The notes beneath the pieces were generated by a model. It made no database searches and had not been told where the DNA came from. It saw only the letters and a program-made list of their open reading frames with translations. A program made the translations under genes and the position numbers. A stretch of 64,000 nucleotides of DNA from Thermoplasmatales archaeon. Lineage in GTDB: Archaea > Thermoplasmatota > E2 > DHVEG-1. The stretch is from the NCBI GenBank assembly GCA_020350825.1, contig CP070724.1, positions 89,860 through 153,859 of the forward strand, read 5' to 3'. Numbering within the stretch: the stretch's first letter is position 1; each line of letters opens with the position of its first letter. Positions 35,052 through 44,262 of the stretch are shown here, one piece after another.

Positions 35052-35965
35052 TGACATTAAGCTGTACTAAATGCAAAAAACCCGCTGTGACGTTTATTAG
35101 ATACAATGGAACACATTTATGTAAAAATCATTTTATCGAATATTTTGAAAAAAGGATTAAAAAAGAGATTAGAAAACAAGGTAAAACTGAGGAAAAAACA
35201 AAAATTGGCATTGCAATTTCAGGTGGAAAAGATAGTACTGTTGCTCTACGGATAATGAATGATATTTTCTCCAAAAGGCCGACAATCTCTTTATACGCAA
35301 TAACCGTTGATGAAGGCATTAAAGGTTACAGGGATAAAAGTATAAAAACTGCTGATAAAAACTGTAAGATGCTTGGTATAGAACATCATATCATATCTTT
35401 TAAAGAAGTTATTGGTAAGACCATGGATGAAATAGTTAATATGAATAACGAGCTAGGGGAATGTACCTATTGCGGGGTGTTTAGAAGATTCTGCCTCAAC
35501 ATAAAGACAAAAGAACTTGGTATCGATAAACTTGTTACTGGACATAATCTGGATGATATGTCTCAATCAATTCTCATGAATTTTATTGGTGGTGATATGC
35601 AAAAACTTGCAAGACTTGGTCCCCATAAAAAGGTTCAACCTGGACTAGTACCACGTGTTATCCCTTTAAGAATCATCCCAGAAAAAGAGGTAATGCTCTA
35701 TGCTATATTAAAAAATATTGAGTTTCACAATGCAGAATGCCCTTATTCCCTTCGTGCTTCAAGAAGACATTTCCGAAATATAGTGGATAATCTAGAATAT
35801 AACAATCCAGGTACAAGACACAGTATTTTTAATAGCTATGATAACATCAAGGATTTTTTATATCAAAAATATCCGCCAGCCAACCTAAACCGATGTAAAA
35901 AATGTGGTGAACCTACATCTCAGAATGTCTGTAAAACTTGTATTTTGAAAGAGAGGATTTTATAA
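35051..35965 (+). CDS. PP-loop ATPase, tRNA 2-thiolation protein (TtcA/NcsA-like)
   Basis: SGGKDS PP-loop and flanking Zn fingers CTKCKK..C and CKKCGEPTSQNVCKTC. Start overlaps the pheT stop (TAATG). Confidence 0.85.
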   Translation: MTLSCTKCKKPAVTFIRYNGTHLCKNHFIEYFEKRIKKEIRKQGKTEEKTKIGIAISGGKDSTVALRIMNDIFSKRPTISLYAITVDEGIKGYRDKSIKTADKNCKMLGIEHHIISFKEVIGKTMDEIVNMNNELGECTYCGVFRRFCLNIKTKELGIDKLVTGHNLDDMSQSILMNFIGGDMQKLARLGPHKKVQPGLVPRVIPLRIIPEKEVMLYAILKNIEFHNAECPYSLRASRRHFRNIVDNLEYNNPGTRHSIFNSYDNIKDFLYQKYPPANLNRCKKCGEPTSQNVCKTCILKERIL

Positions 35966-36094
35966 TGTTATTCCTCCTTTTTCACATCAACTTTCATATT
36001 CTCATAGACGACATCTTATATAAATGCTACCTTTTAGCAGGGATAAACAAATATATCAGAAGTGCATTATAAATGATGAAGAGGGGGAAAGAAT

Positions 36095-36463
36095 TTGGAA
36101 AAACGGATACTCCTTGGTAGTATCATAGCAGTTGCAATACTATTATTTCCTACTTCTATTGCTAGTGGTATTGATGAAACAAGACCTGAAAATATTATAT
36201 TTGTAAACAATCTGAAAATTAAACCTTTACAGTCCTTTTATAGAATATTGTTAATAGGAAAAATATCCAATAAAACATTCATTCATGGTTGGACTCCCTC
36301 ATATCGTTTTCATATTGATTTAGTTTTAACATTAGGAAATCAAAAGCCATTTTTTCAAATAATACGGGAATGTGATGCATGGATTGCTTGCCCTCTATTT
36401 AATGGATTTCTAACTGAATTTTTTATTTTAGGAATTGCTCAAGATGTGTTTATTTTGCCTTGA
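36095..36463 (+). CDS. Small secreted hypothetical protein
   Basis: Signal-like LLGSIIAVAILLFPTSIASG (similar to the N-terminus of the 49192-49827 product). TTG start. Confidence 0.4.
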   Translation: MEKRILLGSIIAVAILLFPTSIASGIDETRPENIIFVNNLKIKPLQSFYRILLIGKISNKTFIHGWTPSYRFHIDLVLTLGNQKPFFQIIRECDAWIACPLFNGFLTEFFILGIAQDVFILP

Positions 36464-36493
36464 GAAAAGGTATTAAAACCACATTCTGAAACA

Positions 36494-36513
36494 GATTCTT
36501 CTGGGCTAAAAAC
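36494..36513 (+). repeat. Core repeat copy 1: GATTCTTCTGGGCTAAAAAC
   Basis: Perfect 20-mer, identical to the reverse complement of 47091-47110 and 49154-49173. Lies 30 nt after the stop of the 36095-36463 ORF. Confidence 0.95.
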
Positions 36514-36707
36514 AACAGTGGCAGGGATTATTTATTATCCTTTACAGAAACACAGATCCAACGCATTTTCTTTGTTTTTTAGACATTAATGTATTAATCA
36601 ACTCAAAAATGCGTTAATGTTTATTATTATAAGTTTCAATAATATCCAATTAAAAATGCGTAGGAATGGTAGTTTTCCATCAAAAAGGTAGGTTTACATA
36701 CAGCACC

Positions 36708-36797
36708 CTATGGCCTAAGCTTATCAAAGATTAATTTTATTACATATGCAGCTATACCTAAGGCTGCAATACCTAATAAAAAAGTGTAAATATCCAT
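36708..36797 (-). CDS. 29-aa hydrophobic peptide (below the ORF-track cutoff)
   Basis: Hand-translated MDIYTFLLGIAALGIAAYVIKLIFDKLRP, a single TM helix, with GGAGTG 4 nt upstream of the ATG. Confidence 0.3.
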   Translation of the reverse strand: MDIYTFLLGIAALGIAAYVIKLIFDKLRP

Positions 36798-36956
36798 TCT
36801 TCACTCCTTCAATTTTATTAATTTCATATCAAGTAATGATTTAAAAGATTTATTTTTTATTTGTCTAATTCTTAGTATATTAAAGGAATTAATTGATAAT
36901 CCTGAAAAATTAAGGAAAGTAATTGAAGGAGATTTTTAATAATATCTTACCATCTT

Positions 36957-36984
36957 AAATTTGTCATACTAAATTTGCCATACT
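36957..36984 (+). repeat. Tandem 14-mer direct repeat AAATTTGTCATACT / AAATTTGCCATACT
   Basis: Read directly; 13 of 14 identical and immediately adjacent. Confidence 0.8.
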
Positions 36985-37077
36985 CAGAATATACAGTACC
37001 TGTTTGTGGGATATGGATTGATATATAATGTATCTATTCTTACTCATCTTTAACCTTCACATATTATTGATTTCATA

Positions 37078-37096
37078 GATTCTTGGGCTAAAAAAC
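37078..37096 (+). repeat. Core repeat copy 2 (degenerate): GATTCTTGGGCTAAAAAAC
   Basis: Same core with a 2-nt deletion (CT) and one extra A. The arm to its right is homologous to the arms of copies 1 and 4. Confidence 0.85.
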
Positions 37097-37342
37097 AAAA
37101 AATATTGGTAGTAAATAATTATTTTAATCACTCTCTAACGCATTTTCTCTTGTTTTTTCGACTAATACCATTCAAAAATCAGATATTCGTTTATATACAC
37201 TTTTATGTACGTTTTAGTGTATACAATCCATACAAAGGTTATCTTTATTAACCATAACAACTATATTACTAATTAAGAAGGATTATACCTTTTGGTTAAG
37301 AAATTATCATTTTTTAATCTCCCTTCTAGTGATGTGTATGGC

Positions 37343-37501
37343 ATGAAACAAATATCCTGTGTATATTGTAATAATCAAATTTTTGTATCCCGCTCTAGTA
37401 AATCTAGATCTTCTCCGATAATTAAAAGCTATGATCTTAGCTTTTGTTCTCTCCCATGTCGTTCCAAATATTATGAAGAACGATCTAATATTAAAAAATA
37501 A
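37343..37501 (+). CDS. Small TRASH/FCS-type zinc-finger protein (L24e-like Cys pattern)
   Basis: CVYCNN..(22 aa)..FCSLPCRSKYYEE, i.e. CxxC ... FCSxxC. Start taken at the internal Met; the track ORF begins with a TTG at 37292. Confidence 0.45.
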   Translation: MKQISCVYCNNQIFVSRSSKSRSSPIIKSYDLSFCSLPCRSKYYEERSNIKK

Positions 37502-37710
37502 AGATAATAATTAATTCTTTTTGTAAATTTTGGAGGTTTCTGCTTAGGATCATAGGTTTTCGATGCAAAGACTTAGGGGTAACATGGATAAGTAGGGGAG
37601 TAAGGATTTATTTTCATATTGACATTTTGACACAATAGGTTTATAAAACATTAGTGTAAGAACTGGAAGTGCTATGTGATAACATAGCAGAGATGATAAG
37701 GAGTGGAAAA

Positions 37711-37869
37711 ATGGAAATAGAACAAGAATATATAAGAAATGTAATAGATAACCTAATGTCGAAGAAGAAGCCTGTAGAAAAAGAAGAATTTTATAAATAT
37801 TTGGCAAAAGTGTATTTAGAAGGAAAAAAATTATATAAACAATCAGAGTGTCATACAAATAGTCATTAA
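37711..37869 (+). CDS. Small K/E-rich hypothetical protein
   Basis: AGGAGTG lies 5 nt upstream of the ATG at 37711 (MEIEQEYIRNV...). Preferred over the antisense F/L-rich ORF 37550-37894. Confidence 0.4.
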   Translation: MEIEQEYIRNVIDNLMSKKKPVEKEEFYKYLAKVYLEGKKLYKQSECHTNSH

Positions 37870-38022
37870 AACAAAATTTTTCAATGTAACTCAATTTCCG
37901 ATCTTTTTTTTATCCTCCTACAAACACCTAAGGGATTGGTTTTTTAAAAGAAAAACATACTATTGACTACATTCAAGAATTACTACAAAGAGCAGGAGTC
38001 GTCTAAAGCAATTAGTTATCAT

Positions 38023-38337
38023 CTACCAGAAATCTCTATAATCTGGTCTAGCAGAATTTAATTTCAGATTATACTTTTTTATTAGAGCTTGTTGTAACAG
38101 TAGAAAATCGGCGACTGATCTAACCTCATAATAATTGTTATTACTGTTATCTTCAGTAGTAATTGTAAATCGATAAAAATTGAAATCATCAAAGTCTATG
38201 TCTATTTTTAGTATATCTCCGGGAGAAGCGGAAAAAATTATTGGCTTTCCTAATCCCTGTGTAGTTTGTTCACAGCAATCGACTGATACTGTAGTCCTAC
38301 TAGCATTTTCAAAACATGCTTCACAATGTGAACCCAT
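38023..38337 (-). CDS. Hypothetical protein (104 aa, Cys-rich N-terminus)
   Basis: AGGAGG 9 nt upstream of the ATG, with a TTATATAA box ~120 nt upstream. No family recognised. Confidence 0.5.
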   Translation of the reverse strand: MGSHCEACFENASRTTVSVDCCEQTTQGLGKPIIFSASPGDILKIDIDFDDFNFYRFTITTEDNSNNNYYEVRSVADFLLLQQALIKKYNLKLNSARPDYRDFW

Positions 38338-38506
38338 AAAACATACCTCCTTTAATTTATATCATACTATACCACGGTGGATAGTTTATAGTTTTCTATT
38401 TACAAAAAAATACCTTTTTCAACTTCTTTTTATCCTCCACCAAAACACAAGGTTGGGTTTATATAAGTAATAGAGGTTATGAAATTGTAGATATGGAGGA
38501 GGAAAA

Positions 38507-38981
38507 ATGTCAGAGATTAAAGTTCCATTATGGTTTAGAAAACAACTTTTAGATGGAGAAAAAGTTATTACAAAATCTGGACATTTCTATGTTACCAATC
38601 AACGTTTGCTAAGACTATTAAACTCAATTAACAATGGCGTAATAGAATACAATAAAATATCTAATATTACATATGAAAAACATGGTATTGGCCAAAAAGA
38701 TAATGCGGGTTTTACTAGCGCTTTTTGGTTTAACGATTATTATTTTATGTGTAACAATATCCGTTATTGATTATGTACCGTTATGGAGTTTTTTATTTTC
38801 TTGGTTTGCTGGATGTGTTTTTATTATTCTTGCTGTAACGATGAAAAAATACTACTATCAAATTTGGGGATCAGATATTGATAAAAAAACATCTGTGTTT
38901 TGGAGAATTTATAAAAGCCGAAAAACAAAGGAATTAATTACTATTCTTAGTGAAAAAACTGGAAAATCTATTGAGAAATGA
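38507..38981 (+). pseudogene. Possible frameshifted gene: PH-like N-terminal part plus TM hairpin plus C-terminal part (track ORFs 38507-38770 and 38673-38981)
   Basis: GGAGGAGG SD before 38507. The first ORF turns into low-quality sequence after ...YEKHGIGQK, while the +1 frame continues from the A5 run (GGCCAAAAAGAT, ~38693-38704) into a clean two-TM protein. Confidence 0.35.
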
Positions 38982-39147
38982 AATTATAATTAGAGGAGGA
39001 AAAATATCAAAATGTCATATCTGTGATTTGGAGGATGATGATGAATATATAATCTTTGAAAAAATAGATGGGAGATATATTTGCAAAAATTGTATTGAAA
39101 CAAAATATAAGCTAAAGGATTTATTTAAGGGGTTGATAATTGAGTAA
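38950..39147 (+). CDS. Small CxxC..CxxC zinc-finger hypothetical protein
   Basis: CHICD..(19 aa)..CKNC. True start unclear: GAGGAGG at 38993-38999 is followed 4 nt later by an in-frame ATA, not by ATG/GTG/TTG. Confidence 0.35.
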   Translation: MKKLENLLRNEIIIRGGKISKCHICDLEDDDEYIIFEKIDGRYICKNCIETKYKLKDLFKGLIIE

Positions 39148-39301
39148 GGAAAAGCCGCTGGTCTGACAAAAAATGCTAGAGACCGTCTAATAATTTCATA
39201 TATATGAACTTTAAACCGTGCTAATGCTTGACTGCTCATAGTATATATAGTTAACGTAGATTTTCAATTAACCTCAACAGATTTACATAAGGAGAAAATA
39301 A

Positions 39302-39982
39302 TCACTCATCTTCATCATAAAATTCTTTCCTAACATCTACCTTTAAAGAACAAATATTTCCTAAACATGCTTCGATTATATCACCTTCGAATATTTCTCC
39401 TACACCTTCAGGGGTTCCTGTTATTATCAAATCCCCTCTTTTAAGAGTCATTATTTTTGAAACAAACTCGACTATTCTTTCTATTGAATATATCATATAT
39501 CTTGTATTTGATTCCTGTTTTAATTTGCCATTTACCTTCAATTTGAGATCTAGATTGTGTGGATTTGATATTTCATCTTTTAAGACAATATTACTTATAG
39601 GAGCAAAGGTGTCAAAACCTTTTGCTATACTCCATGGCCAACCATTCTTTTTTGCAACAGATTGTATATCTCTTGCAGTAATATCAAGCGCAATTAAATA
39701 ACCTAAAATATGATCTATTGCATCATCTTGCGAAATATGTTTTCCATTTTTGCCTATAACTACACCTAATTCTACTTCATGATGTAAACATTTTGACATT
39801 TTAGGAATTATTATTGATTCATTGTTAAAGATAACAGAACTTTCAGGTTTCAAAAACAGAAGGGGATTTTTCGTTGCATTGGCATTCATTTCTTGAGCGT
39901 GTTTTTTATAGGTTCTTGCTAAACAAATTATTTTTCCTATGTTCACCTGTTTATCATAATTTTGAAAAATATATTCAGTCAT
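39302..39982 (-). CDS. Fumarylacetoacetate hydrolase (FAH) family protein
   Basis: KIICLARTYKKHAQEM, HHEVELGVVIGK, ALDITARD, GDLIITGTPEGVG. Confidence 0.85.
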   Translation of the reverse strand: MTEYIFQNYDKQVNIGKIICLARTYKKHAQEMNANATKNPLLFLKPESSVIFNNESIIIPKMSKCLHHEVELGVVIGKNGKHISQDDAIDHILGYLIALDITARDIQSVAKKNGWPWSIAKGFDTFAPISNIVLKDEISNPHNLDLKLKVNGKLKQESNTRYMIYSIERIVEFVSKIMTLKRGDLIITGTPEGVGEIFEGDIIEACLGNICSLKVDVRKEFYDEDE

Positions 39983-40154
39983 GGTAGTAGATAATATTAA
40001 AAAATGGTTTAAACTTTTTATGTTTTATTTTTAATGGTTTTAAAAAATAATTTTCTTTAAATTTTTTGGTAATAACTGTAAAGATACTGGGTAACAGTTG
40101 TACAATAAATCCTTTATAAAGAGATTAATAAAAGAATATTTGTGGTGATCACTT

Positions 40155-40511
40155 ATGAATGGTTTATTTGTAAGGGCTTTAAAAAAGAAGTTCGAGATGA
40201 CACAAGAAGATGCGGCATCTCTTGCTAAAACTGTCGAAGAAATTTTTAATGGAGAAAAAGAAGTCGAAGATATGACTATTGATAAGCATGCACGTTCATT
40301 ATTTTATGAATTACACAGGGAGAAATTTCTTAAATTGAGGAGAGAAGAATACAAAGAGAAAGGAAAATTTATGCGAAAATATTTCTGGTCTTTTAATAAT
40401 GATGCCATAAAAGAAGAAGCGTATAGAAAATCCATCGTGGAAGAAAATCCTTATAAAATCTATCAAAAAATACCAAGAAATGCGTGGTTAATTCGGTCTT
40501 ACAACACTTAG
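40155..40511 (+). CDS. Hypothetical protein (118 aa, helical, K/E-rich)
   Basis: ORF only. Confidence 0.45.
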   Translation: MNGLFVRALKKKFEMTQEDAASLAKTVEEIFNGEKEVEDMTIDKHARSLFYELHREKFLKLRREEYKEKGKFMRKYFWSFNNDAIKEEAYRKSIVEENPYKIYQKIPRNAWLIRSYNT

Positions 40512-40555
40512 ATCTCAATCTAGGTTATTTTATATTTTTGTGATTAGAACAGGAT

Positions 40556-42505
40556 TTATTCGTATCCGCCAATTTTCAGACTTGGATCACCAAGGAGTAC
40601 ATGTGTTTCTACAATTTTACAATCGTATCTATCAGTATACACAGGAAAGTTATTTACATAATTTGTTACAGTTTGTCCATATGTTTCTCCCAAAATGTCT
40701 ATGTTTTCCTCATTATATAATCTAAAAAATTGAGTTTCAAACCATCCGTCAAGTCCCTCGATACAATCTGGTATTCCATTACTGTTGTGATCTCCAATAT
40801 CCACACCGCCGTATCCAACACTCCCCATAGATGCTATAGCTCCTCCCCCGTTTTTCCTTACAAAAACCCAGCTCCAACATTCAGGAACCCAATTTGTTAG
40901 CCAATAGGAACCAAAATCCTCTTCGCTGTACTTGAAGTACCCGAGTCCTTCCTCAAGGAGACCTTTTATAATATTTAATGGGGTGACATCGATTTCGCTG
41001 TTATGACATCCACCAACCATCAGGATGGGATACATGCCTTCGTTTGTAAGTTTCAGCATATCTTTATTTGAAAATCCTTGAGTCCAGTTTGCATAATCTC
41101 CATTCTCGTGGGTACTCCAATACCTTGGATTTCCATGGCCCACAAAGTAAAGAAAACCTGCACCACTACTTATTTCGTTGTGCATATTTGCTTTTGTCAG
41201 GTTTTCAAGAGATGCATATAATCGTACAGGCTTGAATCCTGACATAAACTCTAACGCTTTCTCGTTTGCTACTTCCCCTTCATTATAATCTGTTCCACCT
41301 TCCCACTTTTTATCAAATGTGTCGCCACCACACACTATCATAGTGTTAAACCACTCTGAGTAATTAGCGTTTTCCTCGTAATCGATTATCTTTTCCACAA
41401 GGGTTCTTACTTCAAAGCCAAACATGCAGGCTAATCTACCAACATGAACGTCAGGAGAGAGATCAACAATATCTTCACGAAGCCCATTATCTGGCCATTC
41501 GCCATAATAACCATCATTATCAGTATCCCAACTAGAAAAGTTACCCTCAGAGTCGTAGATGTCAGCGTAGTAAAGATCACATGCAAATTTTAATTCTTCA
41601 TAATGACCTCCAGCATCTGTCTCAAGGTGGGTATACCTTATTGGCATCTTTCTAAAGTTTCCGACTAGCATTAGATATGTTACTCCCCAATTTTCAACAG
41701 CATTCTTAATAAAATATTTTATTTTTTCTGGATTATCCTTACCTGTAACTGGAAAATAAACACTATTATAGATATCTTTAAGTGTAACGAGTTTTGTTTT
41801 TATGTTATGACTTTCTTTATGGTCAACAAGACGGTTTAGAAATGGTTTATACCAATCATACGTAATGATCATCAGATCATATTCATCAGCAAAAAAAAGT
41901 GGTTCAAGGGGTTCTTCAAAAGATATTTCCAATTTGATGAAACTTACAAATTGTAAGTTATCTTTAATTGGATTATATTTTACAGGATTCATCTGTATGG
42001 TTAAAAAAGTTGTATGTTCATTATTTCTATTTAATCCACCTGCAAGCTTGTACAAATACCAACTTTCAGGGAATAATGCATTATTGTTATAGATATTCTC
42101 ATTTTTTTCTATTTGTATTGAATCTATTTTATTGCTGTATGGGAGTGGTTTTTGCGCTGGAATAATCTTTTTTGAGATATGAATCTCATTCTCTTCAGAA
42201 TATGTACATCTTATTTCTTTGATTCGAGTACCAAGTGGTAATTCAATTGTTTTTAAGTAAATCGGCAAGATAGGTTTTCCAGCATTCATAATAAATGAGT
42301 TTGTTTCTTTAAGATGAATATTTAAAAATTCGTTGTTATCTTTTATCTCTGGTGTTGAAAAACGTTGAAAAATTTCGATTGTATTAGTATTTGATTTTTC
42401 TATCTGTTCGTATTCAGATGTTAAATAAACTGCATTAATGGAACTAGATATCAGTATTAATTGTACGAGTATCATTGCAATTATTAAAATTTTTCTTTTT
42501 TTCAT
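40556..42505 (-). CDS. Secreted C25 (gingipain-like) cysteine peptidase
   Basis: Signal peptide ILIIAMILVQLILISSSINA, propeptide-like N-terminal domain, YDLMIITYDWY..LVDHKESHNIKTKLVTL, catalytic His in FLYFVGHGNP and Cys in ILMVGGCHNSE. Confidence 0.8.
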   Translation of the reverse strand: MKKRKILIIAMILVQLILISSSINAVYLTSEYEQIEKSNTNTIEIFQRFSTPEIKDNNEFLNIHLKETNSFIMNAGKPILPIYLKTIELPLGTRIKEIRCTYSEENEIHISKKIIPAQKPLPYSNKIDSIQIEKNENIYNNNALFPESWYLYKLAGGLNRNNEHTTFLTIQMNPVKYNPIKDNLQFVSFIKLEISFEEPLEPLFFADEYDLMIITYDWYKPFLNRLVDHKESHNIKTKLVTLKDIYNSVYFPVTGKDNPEKIKYFIKNAVENWGVTYLMLVGNFRKMPIRYTHLETDAGGHYEELKFACDLYYADIYDSEGNFSSWDTDNDGYYGEWPDNGLREDIVDLSPDVHVGRLACMFGFEVRTLVEKIIDYEENANYSEWFNTMIVCGGDTFDKKWEGGTDYNEGEVANEKALEFMSGFKPVRLYASLENLTKANMHNEISSGAGFLYFVGHGNPRYWSTHENGDYANWTQGFSNKDMLKLTNEGMYPILMVGGCHNSEIDVTPLNIIKGLLEEGLGYFKYSEEDFGSYWLTNWVPECWSWVFVRKNGGGAIASMGSVGYGGVDIGDHNSNGIPDCIEGLDGWFETQFFRLYNEENIDILGETYGQTVTNYVNNFPVYTDRYDCKIVETHVLLGDPSLKIGGYE

Positions 42506-42627
42506 ATTTTATACCCCTTTTCGTATTATTAACAGATAGTTGTTATAAAAATTTTTTGTTTGTTACGAACTTATTCAAAAAGAGGAGAAAAGTTTATTAA
42601 CATCTAAATAAGTTCAATTATGAAAAT

Positions 42628-42825
42628 ATGGAAGAAATAGAAGAATCGGAAGAAGAAACAAGTCGTATGTTTTTAGATCGAAAAGAACCAATGACATTAG
42701 ATGAAGAGTTGGCTTTTTTCATGCATAGATTCAACTCAGATATAGAAACTATTGAATGTATGCCTGCTTTTGAAGATCATCTGAACGAGTTATTCCCTGA
42801 GCGGAAAAAAGAGATTGTTGAATAA
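42628..42825 (+). CDS. Small acidic hypothetical protein
   Basis: ORF only. Confidence 0.3.
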   Translation: MEEIEESEEETSRMFLDRKEPMTLDEELAFFMHRFNSDIETIECMPAFEDHLNELFPERKKEIVE

Positions 42826-43044
42826 AAGTACAAAACAAAAAACCAACAACAATGATATATTAAATATAACTCATAAAACCGTGCTACTCATTAAATGCAA
42901 CTAATATCTTGAATATTAAAACTTTTACAAAAATAATTAATTAAAAAGTACAAATATTTTGTTACAAAATTGTCATTTTCGTCTGAGTTAATTTAACCAA
43001 AATACATATAAAACTTTACTAGATTCGGAGAATCGGAGGGTCTT

Positions 43045-44262
43045 ATGGAAAATATCAATAGGTTATATTCAGATAGAGCAGGAAAAATGAGAAAATCAGA
43101 GATACGTGAGCTTTTAAAAGTATCACAAGATCCTGAAATAATTTCCTTTGCCGGTGGTTTACCAAACCCACAATCTTTCCCAATACAAGATTTACAAGGT
43201 GTCGTACAAACTGTTTTAGACCATCATGGAAGAACTGCACTTCAATATGGAACTACTCAAGGATTAGACGAATTAAGAGAAAATATCGCAGAACGATCTC
43301 GTAAGGATGGAATAGACGTTACAGCAGATAATATAATAATTACAAGTGGTTCACAACAGGCATTAGATACTGTTGGTAAGATATTTCTAAATCCTGGAGA
43401 CATTCCTTTGGTTGGATTGCCAACCTATCTTGGTGGTATCAACGCGTTTCGAAGCTATGAAGCTAATTTGATAGGGATACCACTTGATCAGGATGGTATG
43501 ATAATAGATGCTTTAGAAGAAAAAATAAAAGAACTTCTAAAAGAAAATTTTGTTCCAAAGTTTATTTACTCAGTTCCAACATTTCAGAACCCTGCTAGTG
43601 TTGTTATGCCAGAGTCACGTAGAAAAAAACTTATTGACGTTGCAAGTGAATATGATCTCGTAATTGTAGAAGACGATCCATATGGCAAACTTCGTTTTGA
43701 CATTCCTCATATAAGACCTATAAAGGCTTTTGATGATGAAGGGCGTGTAATATATATGTCAACTTTTTCAAAGATCCTATCTCCTGGATTCCGACTAGCT
43801 TGGACTATTGCATCTGAAGAACTTACAAGAAAAATGATTATTTGTAAACAAGCTTTAGATCTTTGTACAAATACCTTTACTCAGTTTATTGCCAATGAAT
43901 TTATTAATAGTGGTTCTCTTGATCTACACATAATGAAGCTATGTGAAATGTATAAACCAAAACGAGACATTATGATAAATGCTATGGGGAAATATTTCCC
44001 AGATGGCTGCGTATGCAATAAACCAAAAGGTGGTATGTTTGCCTGGGTTACACTTCCCGAAGGAATTGATACTGAAATACTATTTTTAGATGCTTTGAAA
44101 GAAAAAGTTGCATATGTTCATGGAAAAGCATTTTGCGTTGATGGAAGTGGTGGTAGATCCATGAGGTTGAACTTTTCATACTCTACCAATGAACAGCTTG
44201 AAGAGGGAATGAAACGATTAGGGGCAGTAATTGATAAAAAATTGAAAGTTCTATGTCAGTAG
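43045..44262 (+). CDS. PLP-dependent aminotransferase, class I/II (aromatic / 2-aminoadipate type)
   Basis: MRKSEIRELLK, SFAGGLPNP, ITSGSQQALD, PLP-Lys region STFSKILSPGFRLAW, GGMFAW. Confidence 0.9.
   Translation: MENINRLYSDRAGKMRKSEIRELLKVSQDPEIISFAGGLPNPQSFPIQDLQGVVQTVLDHHGRTALQYGTTQGLDELRENIAERSRKDGIDVTADNIIITSGSQQALDTVGKIFLNPGDIPLVGLPTYLGGINAFRSYEANLIGIPLDQDGMIIDALEEKIKELLKENFVPKFIYSVPTFQNPASVVMPESRRKKLIDVASEYDLVIVEDDPYGKLRFDIPHIRPIKAFDDEGRVIYMSTFSKILSPGFRLAWTIASEELTRKMIICKQALDLCTNTFTQFIANEFINSGSLDLHIMKLCEMYKPKRDIMINAMGKYFPDGCVCNKPKGGMFAWVTLPEGIDTEILFLDALKEKVAYVHGKAFCVDGSGGRSMRLNFSYSTNEQLEEGMKRLGAVIDKKLKVLCQ

Noticed and set aside
36494-36580. The core-to-T6 unit as a structured small RNA gene
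   Set aside because: The potential pairings in copy 1 (UUCUG with CAGAA, and the GGGAU hairpin) are not preserved in copy 2 or copy 4. The idea is kept only as an alternative in the findings and is not annotated as an ncRNA.
37550-37894. 114-aa F/L-rich ORF on the minus strand
   Set aside because: It is a typical antisense shadow of the K/E-rich plus-strand ORF (37711-37869), which has a well-placed AGGAGTG SD. The minus ORF has only a TTG start about 18 nt from any SD-like sequence.
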